The position numbers and the translations under genes are program-made. A stretch of 63,927 nucleotides of DNA, the filler included, from Pseudomonadota bacterium (GTDB lineage: Bacteria > Desulfobacterota > Desulfobacteria > Desulfobacterales > JBDRRP01): assembly GCA_043825735.1 (NCBI GenBank). It is 7 parts of 7 records of this genome, joined end to end, with 100 filler letters (N's around TTAATTAATTAA, not from the genome) between each part and the next. Parts side by side here need not be neighbours in the genome. Positions count along the whole stretch, not along the records: positions 28,712 to 36,860 come from JBDRRP010000013.1; positions 36,961 to 47,545 come from JBDRRP010000018.1; 5 more parts are not named here. One strand, 5' to 3'. Below the pieces are notes generated by a model. It searched no databases. It worked only from the letters and a program-made list of their open reading frames with translations, and was not told the DNA's origin. This document shows positions 29,968 to 39,993 of the stretch, piece by piece; position 1 is the first letter of the stretch, and every line of letters starts with the position of its first letter.

Positions 29968-31926
29968 ATGGATCAATATGAATGGCGACCCGAGGCGGCG
30001 CGAAGCGCTTTGAGCCGGCTGTTGCCGCGCCTTGAAGACAAATATAAAAACGCGCTTTCCGACATTCCCGCGCAATGGAACCATTTCAAAAACCGGCTAA
30101 ACCGCGAGTGGGAGCGCCTTTTTACACACCTGCACGAGCTCTACGGCTGGCAATACGATTTTTTTTACACGCTGGAGCAGATCCTCGATATGCTCATCCG
30201 GTACTGGCTCAATCGCCCGGAAGCGCTACACCATCTCGATGAACGGCGCGAGGCCGACCCCCTGTGGTATCTGTCCGAGAAAATGGTCGGCATCGTGCTG
30301 TACGTAGACCTATTCAGCGACAATCTGGCAGGGCTTCGAAATCACATTGCCTATTTCGAGAAGCTGGGCGTGACCTACGTGCACCTGATGCCGCTGTTTG
30401 CCGTACCCCACGGTGAAAACGATGGCGGTTACGCGGTCAGTGATTTCAGAGCCGTCAACCCGGATCTGGGCACCATGGCGGAACTCGAGCAACTGGCGAC
30501 CGAACTACGCGAGCGCGGTATCAGCCTGGTGCTCGATTTCGTGTTCAACCACACCTCCGAGGAACATGCGTGGGCGCAAAAGGCCAGGGCCGGCGATTTT
30601 GAATACATGAACTACTATCTCACGTTCTCGGACCGCACCCTGGTGGATCGCTTCCAGGAACACCTGCGCGATATTTTTCCCACCGTGCGCAAAGGCAGTT
30701 TCATTTGGAGCGATGAGATGCAGCGCTGGGTATGGACCACCTTCAACAGCTATCAGTGGGACTTGAACTACAGCAATCCGAACGTTTTTCGGGCCATGGC
30801 CGAAGATATGCTGTTTCTGGCCAATCAGGGCGTCGAAGTACTGCGCCTCGATGCGGTGGCGTTTATCTGGAAGCGGCTGGGCACCAACTGCGAAAATCAG
30901 CCCGAAGCCCATACGATCATCCGCGCGTTCAATGCCATTGCCAAAATCGCAGCCCCGTCCGTTCTCTTCAAATCCGAAGCCATCGTGCACCCTGACGACG
31001 TGCTGTCGTATGTCCATCCGGATGAATGCCAGTTGAGCTACAACCCCCTGCTGATGGCCTTGCTCTGGGAAGCCCTCGCCACGCGAGAGGTCGCATTGCT
31101 GGTCCATTCCATGCGGCACCGGGAAAGGCTCCCGTTTGGCTGCGCCTGGGTCAACTACCTGCGTTGTCACGATGACATCGGATGGACCTTCGACGACGCC
31201 GACGCCTGGAGCCTGGGGATCAATCCCCATGACCACCGCAGATTCTTAAACGATTTTTACACCGGAAAATACCCGGGATCGTTTGCCAGGGGGGTGCCGT
31301 TTCAGTTCAATCCGGAAACCGGGGACCTGCGCATATCCGGCACGTTCTCTTCCCTGGCCGGGCTCGAGGAAGCGCTGGAAAAACAGGACGACCGGTTGAT
31401 CGAACAGGCGGTGCATCGCATCAACATGCTGCGCAACATTATGGTGAGCGTCGGCGGTATGCCGCTGCTCTACGCCGGCGACGAATACGGGGCACTGAAC
31501 GACTATACGTTCCTGTCCGATCCGGGCAAGGTCAGCGATAGCCGCTGGGTGCACCGCTCACGTAAAAGATGGCAGCTGGCCGAAGACCTTCAGGATCAGG
31601 ACACACTGGAGTGGCGGTTTTTTCATGAAATGGTCAAGCTGTGTGAGCAGCGAAAGAACTCTCCGGCACTGAGAAACGGCAACATGGAAATGGTCGATAC
31701 CGGAAATCCTCATCTTTTCGCGTATACGCGAGAAACCCGTGAGCAGCGCTTGCTGATCATCAACAATTTTTCGGAATTCGATCAGGTGATGACGGCCGCC
31801 AAATTGGCGGCGACCGGCATGCCGGACCGGGCCCAAGAGGTATTCACAAAACAAACACTGGATACCGGAGACGACCTTCAACTCGGTGGATACCGCTATA
31901 TGTGGATCGATGTGACCCGGGTTTAA
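29968..31926 (+). CDS. Amylosucrase / sucrose hydrolase (GH13)
   Basis: DGGYAVSD, DFVFNHTS, LRLDAVAFIWK, KSEAIVHP, NYLRCHDDIGW, DSRWVHR. Confidence 0.88.
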   Translation: MDQYEWRPEAARSALSRLLPRLEDKYKNALSDIPAQWNHFKNRLNREWERLFTHLHELYGWQYDFFYTLEQILDMLIRYWLNRPEALHHLDERREADPLWYLSEKMVGIVLYVDLFSDNLAGLRNHIAYFEKLGVTYVHLMPLFAVPHGENDGGYAVSDFRAVNPDLGTMAELEQLATELRERGISLVLDFVFNHTSEEHAWAQKARAGDFEYMNYYLTFSDRTLVDRFQEHLRDIFPTVRKGSFIWSDEMQRWVWTTFNSYQWDLNYSNPNVFRAMAEDMLFLANQGVEVLRLDAVAFIWKRLGTNCENQPEAHTIIRAFNAIAKIAAPSVLFKSEAIVHPDDVLSYVHPDECQLSYNPLLMALLWEALATREVALLVHSMRHRERLPFGCAWVNYLRCHDDIGWTFDDADAWSLGINPHDHRRFLNDFYTGKYPGSFARGVPFQFNPETGDLRISGTFSSLAGLEEALEKQDDRLIEQAVHRINMLRNIMVSVGGMPLLYAGDEYGALNDYTFLSDPGKVSDSRWVHRSRKRWQLAEDLQDQDTLEWRFFHEMVKLCEQRKNSPALRNGNMEMVDTGNPHLFAYTRETREQRLLIINNFSEFDQVMTAAKLAATGMPDRAQEVFTKQTLDTGDDLQLGGYRYMWIDVTRV

Positions 31927-32209
31927 AATGTCCCCGTAAAATACGCGATGTTGCGCGGCCCGGTTTTGGGACGCCGCTCGCCGCAGCGCACCGGCTGTGC
32001 CAGATTTCTTCTCCCGCGCATAGGAACATAGGATGCGGCATTCGCTTTAGCAGGGGCAATATTCGTAGAATCAGCGCCTGCCAGGACCCGATCAGGGGCC
32101 CGCATGACGATATTAGAATTTTATGCTTATGCATTAAGCTCCAGTTGGTCTTTTCCCAAAGTGATGTTGAACCATGGAGTCACGGATTCATAAAATAATG
32201 GAGTAAGTC

Positions 32210-32749
32210 ATGTTCACAATCGAAAAGGCAGTCCTTCTGATTGTCGATATCCAGGGCAAACTGGCGCATTCGATGCACGAGAAGGAACTTCTGTTCAAAA
32301 ACGTACAGAAGCTGATCAAGGGGATTCAGGCTTTAGGTGTCCCGATTCTCTGGGTGGAGCAATACCCTCAAGGACTGGGCCCGACAATCCCCGAAATTGC
32401 AGCCCTTTTACCCACTGTTCAGCCCATCGGCAAGATGAGCTTCAGCAGTTGCCGCAACGACGGGTTTGTTCAGGCGCTCAAAGCATGCAACCGCAAGCAG
32501 GTCTTGGTTGCCGGCATCGAGGCCCACGTCTGCGTCTATCAGAGTGCCGCGGATCTGGTGGCCATGGGGTATGCGGTTCAGGTTGTGAGCGACGCGGTGT
32601 CTTCAAGAACCCTGGAGAACAAGAAAATCGGCCTGGAGAGAATGAAAGATGCGGGCGTCCGCTGGACGAGCGTCGAAACCGCGCTGTTTGAACTGCTTCA
32701 AGTTGCAGAGGGAGAACCGTTCAGGGAGATAATTAAAATTGTAAAATAG
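32210..32749 (+). CDS. Isochorismatase-family hydrolase
   Basis: VDIQGKL, EQYPQGLGPT, KMSFS, GIEAHVCVYQ. Confidence 0.9.
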   Translation: MFTIEKAVLLIVDIQGKLAHSMHEKELLFKNVQKLIKGIQALGVPILWVEQYPQGLGPTIPEIAALLPTVQPIGKMSFSSCRNDGFVQALKACNRKQVLVAGIEAHVCVYQSAADLVAMGYAVQVVSDAVSSRTLENKKIGLERMKDAGVRWTSVETALFELLQVAEGEPFREIIKIVK

Positions 32750-32961
32750 ACAAAATCTCTGTGTCCTCCGTGACTGGTTCAATCTCCCTTTGCGAAGCAT
32801 CGGGTTTCCAAGACAATCCAGCGTGCTTCGAAACGATCTCTTTTATCTGGATTCACCCTGAATACCGGCTTACGGCCGGCGCCACCGCTGGATGCCGGAT
32901 CAAGCCCGGCATGACAACTTGTCATAGGCAACTTACTCGGAACATAATTATAACAACCGCT

Positions 32962-34254
32962 CTACTTGGCGAAAATATAGGTACAGGCAACGACGGCGGC
33001 GATGACGCCGACCACGTCCGCCGTCAGGGCCGCCGCCATGCTGTGACGGATGCGCCGGACCTGGACGGCGCCGAAATAAACGGCCAGCACGTAAAAGGTG
33101 GTCTCGGTGGAGCCTTGCAGGGTGCTGACCAGGATGCCGGTATAACTGTCGGGACCGATGGCCGGGTCATTGATGACGGCGGCCATGATACCGTAGGCCC
33201 CGGATCCCGACAGCGGCCGCATCAGTGCCATGGGCAGCGCTTCTGCCGGCAGCCCCACCTTTCCGGTGTAGGCCCCTATCGCATTTACAAAGACATCCAG
33301 CGCGCCGCTGGCCCGAAACATCCCGACGGCGACAAGGATTGTCACCAGATACGGAATGATCCGCAGTGCCACCTGGAAGCCCTCCTTGCCCCCCGCCACC
33401 AGCACTTCATAAACCCGCACCTTTCGGACAAAACCGAAAATCAGAAAAAAGGCCATCAGGCCGGGCAGGATCCACGGCGAAATCTGTCTCCCGAACACCA
33501 CCGCCAGCGGCACCATGGCGCAGAGCGCGAGCAACGCGGCAAAACTGACCCACAGCGGATAGGCGCCTTGATTTTCTTCGGTAGCGCCCGGGGGGGCGAC
33601 GATTTCATTGGTAACGCGCTCGCCGGCCGCATCGGTCGATTTCTTCCGGGGCCACCATGCACTGTAGCATTTGGCCGCGACAATCGCCGCCGTCGTGGAG
33701 CAGATGGTCGCAAACAGGGTGGTCGGCAGGATCGCGGCCGGGTCGATGGAACCGGCCGCGGCCCGCATGGCGATCACACCGGTGGGCAGCAAAGTCACCG
33801 AAGAGGTGTTGATCGCGAGAAACAGGGCCATGGCATCGGTAGCCGTGCCCGGCTCCGGGTTCAGCCGGTCGAGCTCCTGCATGGCCCGGATGCCGAACGG
33901 GGTGGCGGCATTGCCAAGGCCCAGCGCATTGGCCGACAGGTTGAGAATCATGGCCCCCATGGCGGGATGGTCGGCCGGCACGTCCGGGAAAAGCCGAACC
34001 ATGAGTGGGCGTATGAGCCGCGCCAGAATGGTGAGCATGCCGCCGGCCTCGGCGACTTTCATGAGCCCCAAAAACAGCGTCATCACCCCCACCAGGCCGA
34101 TCGCCAGTTCCACGGCCCCTTTGGCCGATTCGACCATGGCGGCGGAAAGCAGTTCCATCGGCGCGCTATGCCCGGCCACCGGTACCCACAACAGCTGCCC
34201 CCAACCGGCAAAAAGAACGGCAATCCCCACGATGACCAGCAATGCGATGTTCAT
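32962..34254 (-). CDS. Fused SpmA/SpmB-like membrane protein (Gate domain)
   Basis: ANALGLGNAATPFGIRAM, MRPLSGSG, GSTETTFYVLAVYFG. Confidence 0.88.
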   Translation of the reverse strand: MNIALLVIVGIAVLFAGWGQLLWVPVAGHSAPMELLSAAMVESAKGAVELAIGLVGVMTLFLGLMKVAEAGGMLTILARLIRPLMVRLFPDVPADHPAMGAMILNLSANALGLGNAATPFGIRAMQELDRLNPEPGTATDAMALFLAINTSSVTLLPTGVIAMRAAAGSIDPAAILPTTLFATICSTTAAIVAAKCYSAWWPRKKSTDAAGERVTNEIVAPPGATEENQGAYPLWVSFAALLALCAMVPLAVVFGRQISPWILPGLMAFFLIFGFVRKVRVYEVLVAGGKEGFQVALRIIPYLVTILVAVGMFRASGALDVFVNAIGAYTGKVGLPAEALPMALMRPLSGSGAYGIMAAVINDPAIGPDSYTGILVSTLQGSTETTFYVLAVYFGAVQVRRIRHSMAAALTADVVGVIAAVVACTYIFAK

Positions 34255-34647
34255 AGTGCCCCTGAGTTTTCATCAAACGAATCGGCTCAGCGCTGAGCCC
34301 TTTAGTGCGCTGGATCCATGAGTTGACACTTCCGATGCGCGCTTGTCAACATCTTCCGGCTGATGAACTGCCTTTGAAGCGCAAGGCATAAACCGACGGC
34401 AGGGGAGGACCACAGCGACAATGAGTTCTCAATATTTTGCCCTCTTTATTCATTTTCTCTGCGTCCTCGGCGCCTCTGCGATGAGTATCAATCCGGTATT
34501 GACAGCAAGCGGCATTTTATGATTTTTGTTGTTTAGTCCCTACCTATAAAGCTGCTCCCCCTGAAAACTCACTCGCCGATTGACGGGGACATATCAGCAT
34601 CACACACGGTGATTCGAAATCACCGTTTACACTTTCAGCAAGTTCGG

Positions 34648-35090
34648 TGAACCGGTAAAAGTCGGAATCTCTCGCAAAGCCGCAAAGATCGCAAAGGCGA
34701 ACCACTAATACTAATGGGGCTTTTCTTGGCGTGCTTAGCGTCTTTTCGAGAAAATTGCTTTTCCGCTTCTCTATGAAGCTCCAGTAACCCTATGTTGCCG
34801 CAAAACGCGCCGTTCCTCGAAATCGCTATCGGGATCGGTATCGCTATCGGTATCGGGTGTTGGTGGTGGCAATTATTTTGTCCCTGATCCGCCATTTGCC
34901 GCCACCGTGGCAACAGCAACCGCCGATTTCGATTTCGATCCCGATAGCGATTTCGATAACACCCGTCAACCACGGGGCGCCCTTGGCGGGCAGGGTCGTT
35001 CATGCCGCGTGTCCGGGCGCCGATGGACCGGGCCACCGGACAACTGGAGCCTCATAGGGAACCACATTTGCTTTTTTACGGCTTTATCAA
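34648..35090. repeat. Composite region of nested inverted repeats
   Basis: Nonamer-array IR at 34669-34753; 19-bp TIRs at 34767-34785 and 35043-35061; hexamer-array IR at 34817-34857 and 34923-34957. Confidence 0.8.
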
Positions 35091-35153
35091 TTTCGTCTCT
35101 GACTGCCGGCGGTCTTACTTGAAATCCCAATGTCCGAAAGGAGGAAAGACGCC

Positions 35154-35378
35154 ATGGAATACGTCTTTATAACTTATTACCGCAATCGGAATGTTTTCAT
35201 GGACGGCAATCCGGCCGGCAAAACCAACGAGACGCTTCGGGTTGAAGCGGGCACCCACCGGTTCGACCTGGGTGAGCCAAAAAACTATACCCCCGGTTTT
35301 CGAAAGGCCAAAGTCACCGGCACCACCCGGATCAAACCGATGCAGATTTCATTTGCTCCCGTAAAGGAGGATCCATGA
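35154..35378 (+). CDS. Small PEGA-like beta protein
   Basis: 74 aa; GGAGG RBS; VFMDG...GKT....V.AG.H pattern; overlaps the patatin start. Confidence 0.6.
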   Translation: MEYVFITYYRNRNVFMDGNPAGKTNETLRVEAGTHRFDLGEPKNYTPGFRKAKVTGTTRIKPMQISFAPVKEDP

Positions 35379-36793
35379 AACGATACCTTGGCATCTTTTT
35401 CATCGCCGTCCTTCTGTTCGGCTGTGCCCACTACCCGGCCAACCCGAAACTGGATGCTTACGACAAGACGAAGGGCTACCGCTTTGACGCGATTTCCGCA
35501 CCCGCTGGGGCTGACCGGCTTTTTGTCATATTGGCCTTTTCCGGCGGCGGCACCCGGGCGGCGGCCCTGTCCTACGGGGTGCTCGAAACCCTGCGTGATA
35601 CCCGGTTCACATGGCAGGGCGCCGGACACGATCTTCTGGATGAGGTGGACGTCATCTCATCGGTATCGGGGGGAAGCTTCACGTCGGCCTTCTATGCGCA
35701 GTTCGGCCGCGACATTTTTAAAAACTTCGAAAGTAAATTCCTGTATCGGGATATCCAGGGAGAACTCGAAAAACTGGTGCTGATGCCGACGAGCTGGCTC
35801 AAGCTCGCCTCGCCCGACTACAGCCGCATCGATCTTGCCGCCGATTTTTACAACCGCGAGATTTTCGAGGGAAAGCAATTTGGCGATCTGATCCGCCGCA
35901 ATCAGAGACCCATGGCCATCATCAACGCCACGGACATGACCGTCGGCGCCCCCTTTACCTTCATACAAAGCCAGTTCGACCCGATCTGCTCGGACCTGTC
36001 CGGTGTTTCGCTGGCCCGGGCGGTGGCCGCTTCATCCTGCTTTCCGGTGGCCTTTGCGCCGCTGACGGTGAACAACTACGCAGGCTCCTGCCGCTACAGC
36101 GCGCCGCCATGGGTCGAACTGGCGCTGGAAGACCTGCAACTCAACCCGCCCAGATATGAGCGCGCCCGCGTCCTTCAGTCGTATCTGGACGGGGCCAACC
36201 GCCCCTATCTACACCTGCTCGACGGGGGCGTGGCCGACAATATCGGCCTGCGGGTTCCCCTGGCCAGCCTCCGGTCCAACGATCCCGATCTCAGCGTATT
36301 GCGAAAAATCAATCAAGGCGCCATCGATCTATTGGTGGTCATCATCGTCGACGCCAAGACTAATCAGGAAAGTGATATCGACAAGACGCCCTCACCGCCG
36401 GGCCTGTCATCAGTGCTCGGTAAAATCGCAACCGTACCCCTGGACAACTACTCCTTTGACACGGTCCAGGCGCTGCGCGACGAATTCGCCAAATGGCAGT
36501 CGGATTCAGCCAATTATGTCGATTGCATGGACGTGCTCACCTCCCAGTGCCCGGGCGCACGCATGCCGTTTCCTCCGCCGCGGACGGTCAAACTGTTTCC
36601 CGTCTACGTCGGTTTCGACCAGATCGCCGATCCGGCCAGGCGCCGCCACTTTCAAACCATGAAAACATCTTTTCATCTGCCCGATACCCAGGTGACCGAA
36701 TTGCGGCAGATTGCCAGAGAGCTGCTGGAGCACTCCGATGCTTTCAACGATCTGAAAGACGAACTCAAGGCAACAATGGCCCCAGCCCCGTAA
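35375..36793 (+). CDS. Patatin-like phospholipase lipoprotein
   Basis: Lipobox LFGC; SGGGTRAAA, SVSGGS and DGG motifs. Confidence 0.9.
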   Translation: MKRYLGIFFIAVLLFGCAHYPANPKLDAYDKTKGYRFDAISAPAGADRLFVILAFSGGGTRAAALSYGVLETLRDTRFTWQGAGHDLLDEVDVISSVSGGSFTSAFYAQFGRDIFKNFESKFLYRDIQGELEKLVLMPTSWLKLASPDYSRIDLAADFYNREIFEGKQFGDLIRRNQRPMAIINATDMTVGAPFTFIQSQFDPICSDLSGVSLARAVAASSCFPVAFAPLTVNNYAGSCRYSAPPWVELALEDLQLNPPRYERARVLQSYLDGANRPYLHLLDGGVADNIGLRVPLASLRSNDPDLSVLRKINQGAIDLLVVIIVDAKTNQESDIDKTPSPPGLSSVLGKIATVPLDNYSFDTVQALRDEFAKWQSDSANYVDCMDVLTSQCPGARMPFPPPRTVKLFPVYVGFDQIADPARRRHFQTMKTSFHLPDTQVTELRQIARELLEHSDAFNDLKDELKATMAPAP

Positions 36794-36960
36794 ATTGAAC
36801 TACGGAGTTAATCCGTGGGAAGTCAACAGTAATTTTGGGCGTATGTCATGCCCGAAAGCANNNNNNNNNNNNNNNNNNNNNNNNNNNNNNNNNNNNNNNN
36901 NNNNTTAATTAATTAANNNNNNNNNNNNNNNNNNNNNNNNNNNNNNNNNNNNNNNNNNNN

Positions 36961-37100
36961 TCTGGATTGCCGCCAAGGCTACCTTGGCTTTGAACTCGGC
37001 ACTGTGCGTTTTTCGTCTCTTCCCCATTGTCAGATCCTCCTTGGTTGAAGTGGTCTGACTCTTAGCTTAGCACATTGTCCGAATTTCGGGGTCCACCGCA
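36961..37100 (-). mobile_element. IS3-family left end and start of orfA (cut by the gap)
   Basis: Terminus TGCGGTGGACCCCGAAATTCGGACA; ATG at 37027 reads MGKRRKTHSAEFKAKVALAAIQ. Confidence 0.85.
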
Positions 37101-37197
37101 AAAAACCGTTTCATAACAGTCCTCCTTAACTGGCGTGGTTGCAAAAACTGATGCGATAAATTACCATTAAGCATAAAAAATTAATAGGAAAATATGC

Positions 37198-39702
37198 ATG
37201 AAAATCTCAACAGCATCTTTTCTATTGTCGCTCGTTTTTCTTGCCTCCTGCGCATCCATACCCGAGCCGGTTTCCGTACCTAAAGTCTACTTGAAGAACA
37301 GCGATCTGGTTATGGATATTCACAAAGAAGCCAGTGCTGTATCCGCCATGTCGATCTCCGCGGACGGGCGCTATCTCCTTACTGTGGACAACGGCGGGAC
37401 CTGGAATGCGACCGACCTCGGCATTGTCAGAATGTGGGATATCGTCGAAGGACGCCAGATTTTCAAGGAGACGAATACTTTGAAACTCGCTCTGGCAGTC
37501 GCTATTTCACCGGATGGCAGATATGCGGTGACCGGCGGCGAGACGAGAGGGACTGTACAAGAAGCACATGAGCAGTATGCACTGAATGTATGGGACTTGG
37601 CCAAAGGAACAATTATAAAGAAATTCAGCGGGTTCAAGGGGCCGTGGTTGTATGTCCATGATGTCAGATTTTCGCGCGACGGCAGGTACTTTCTGGCTTC
37701 AAGTCTCAATGAAATATACTTGTTCGATACCAAAATCTGGAAGGCCATTCGAAAATTTTCAGCAGAAGGATGCATAGCTGCCGATTTTTCCCCTGACGGC
37801 AAATGCCTTCTTGCAGGGGATGAAGACGGATTCCTCCATCTCTGGGAAATTGATACATCAAGAGAGATCTGGCGCATTCAAGGGCACAAATCATGCCTGT
37901 TAAGCGAGGGCGCAAATGCCATCGCCTTTTCCCCTGATGGGCGTTCTGTTCTGACAAGTTCGAGGTGCGATGATGTGGTTCATGTGTGGGATGTCATAAG
38001 TGGCAAAGCACTGAGGCAGTTTTCCGGTTTCGAAGTGGTTCGAGGTCAAAGAGATGGATGGTCCGGGGTTAATGGCATTGCCCTTTCGCCTGATGGAACG
38101 CAGGTCATGATATTCGCAAAGCCGCTGAAAACATGGGACGTGGGAACAGGAAACGCGTTGGTGGATTTCACAGACGCATGGAAAGGGTTGCGAATTTATA
38201 CCGGCAATGCGCTTTCCGGTGCGTATCACCCGGACGGCAGACGCTTACTGCTCAATCTGAGCGATTCCGCTGTCAGAGTGTACGATACGGCAACGGGTGA
38301 AGAAATGGCGATGTTTATCGGCTTTGCCGACGGCGAGTGGCTCGCCATTACCAAAGAAGGCTACTACAACGCTTCAGAGAAAGGGGCACAGTACCTCAGC
38401 GTCGTTCGTGGAGATCGTATGTACGGCGTAGATAAATTCTACGATGTCTTCTACAGGCCCGACATCGTGGCGGCTAAGTTACGGGGAGAAAAAATCGGCG
38501 GACTGGTAACCGTCACCATGAAAGACGCCATCGAGAGCCCACCACCTGCCGTGGAGATCACCTCCCGAATCAGCGATACCGACCAGCCCAAGGTAAAGGT
38601 CTGCTATCAAGTGAAAAGCAGCGGCGGCGGGATTGGCGAGGTCCGTTTATTCCACAACGGGAAACTCATCCAGTCAGACGGATATTACCGTGAAGCGACA
38701 AAATCATCGGTTGAAAAGACCCAACTGGCCACTCTAAACAGCAAGGCTATCTACGACGACATGCGGGGCGTGTCCATAAAAGGCAAAGCGGACGCTGGTC
38801 CCACGATCATCCGGCTCAAAGGAGATACGTTCGAAGATTGCACAGAGATAGATCCTATCGCCGGTGAAAACGAAGTGAGTGTTGCCGCTTTCAACGGCAG
38901 CAACACCATCCAGAGCTATATGAAAACGATCAATTTCAATTCAAAATTGAAACCCGCAGAACCACATCTTTTCATACTTGCTATCGGTATAGACCGATAC
39001 AAAGACAACTCCGTCAATTTGAAGTATGCCGTAAAAGATGCCAAAGACATCGAAGAGAAGTTGAAGACTCAGGCGGCGACCTTGTACAACCCCGAGAATA
39101 TCCATTACGTGCTTTTGACGGATCTGGAAGCCACGAAAGCAAACATCACCAAAAAGATCGATGCGCTGGCGAAAGACATGCGGCCTCAGGATAGCTTTAT
39201 TCTCTTTGTAGCCGGTCACGGTGTGCTGTTGCAGAACCAGTATTACGTGCTCACCCATGACTTCAACGGGCAGGTGAGTGATACGAACATGATCAGCTCC
39301 AACGAAATTGTCGAGATATCCAAAAAGATAAAATCGCTGAGCCAGTTGTTCATCTTCGACACTTGCCATGCCGGTGGCGTGGACACCATCGTCAGTGGAT
39401 TATATGATGCCAGAATGTCGGTACTTGCCAAGAAGATGGGTTTGCATATCTACGCTTCAGCGAACGACAAGCAGTCGGCGATGGATGGCTATAAAGGCAA
39501 CGGACTATTCACTCATGCATTACTGGATGGATTGAACAACAATAAAGCGGCCGACAAAAATAGAGACGGGAAGGTAACAGTGGTTGGCTTGGGTGAATTT
39601 TCAAAAAATATGACCACGAATATATCCAGGGAGATCGGCCACAGCCAGACGCCGCTCATCATCAACTTCGGCAAGGACAGTCCCCTTTACCAGCTAAAAT
39701 AG
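37198..39702 (+). CDS. Lipoprotein with a WD40 propeller and a C-terminal caspase-like (C14) domain
   Basis: Lipobox LASC; FSPDG/WD repeats; AIGID.Y, L.YAVKDA, AGHG and FDTCHAG dyad. Confidence 0.9.
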   Translation: MKISTASFLLSLVFLASCASIPEPVSVPKVYLKNSDLVMDIHKEASAVSAMSISADGRYLLTVDNGGTWNATDLGIVRMWDIVEGRQIFKETNTLKLALAVAISPDGRYAVTGGETRGTVQEAHEQYALNVWDLAKGTIIKKFSGFKGPWLYVHDVRFSRDGRYFLASSLNEIYLFDTKIWKAIRKFSAEGCIAADFSPDGKCLLAGDEDGFLHLWEIDTSREIWRIQGHKSCLLSEGANAIAFSPDGRSVLTSSRCDDVVHVWDVISGKALRQFSGFEVVRGQRDGWSGVNGIALSPDGTQVMIFAKPLKTWDVGTGNALVDFTDAWKGLRIYTGNALSGAYHPDGRRLLLNLSDSAVRVYDTATGEEMAMFIGFADGEWLAITKEGYYNASEKGAQYLSVVRGDRMYGVDKFYDVFYRPDIVAAKLRGEKIGGLVTVTMKDAIESPPPAVEITSRISDTDQPKVKVCYQVKSSGGGIGEVRLFHNGKLIQSDGYYREATKSSVEKTQLATLNSKAIYDDMRGVSIKGKADAGPTIIRLKGDTFEDCTEIDPIAGENEVSVAAFNGSNTIQSYMKTINFNSKLKPAEPHLFILAIGIDRYKDNSVNLKYAVKDAKDIEEKLKTQAATLYNPENIHYVLLTDLEATKANITKKIDALAKDMRPQDSFILFVAGHGVLLQNQYYVLTHDFNGQVSDTNMISSNEIVEISKKIKSLSQLFIFDTCHAGGVDTIVSGLYDARMSVLAKKMGLHIYASANDKQSAMDGYKGNGLFTHALLDGLNNNKAADKNRDGKVTVVGLGEFSKNMTTNISREIGHSQTPLIINFGKDSPLYQLK

Positions 39703-39993
39703 AAATACAATCATGCCGACATTCATGACCCGGGCCTCTCCGCATTGGTTTATCCGTTGCGATAGCCGTAGCGCTCAGCCAGACAAATTTCAAATCGATA
39801 ACACTGTATTTCAGCAAATTTTTCAATATTTATAAATAGTTATAGAGTTTTCACCCATCCTTGAGCGGACAGCAGAGAACTCCTTCGATTAAAGTTTCTT
39901 CCCACAATACCGAAAACAACATCAAGTCCAACGCAGAAATGGCTATCCGTCCTCAACACTTGAGGAAAATCGGGCACTCTGGAGAGTTGAAAC

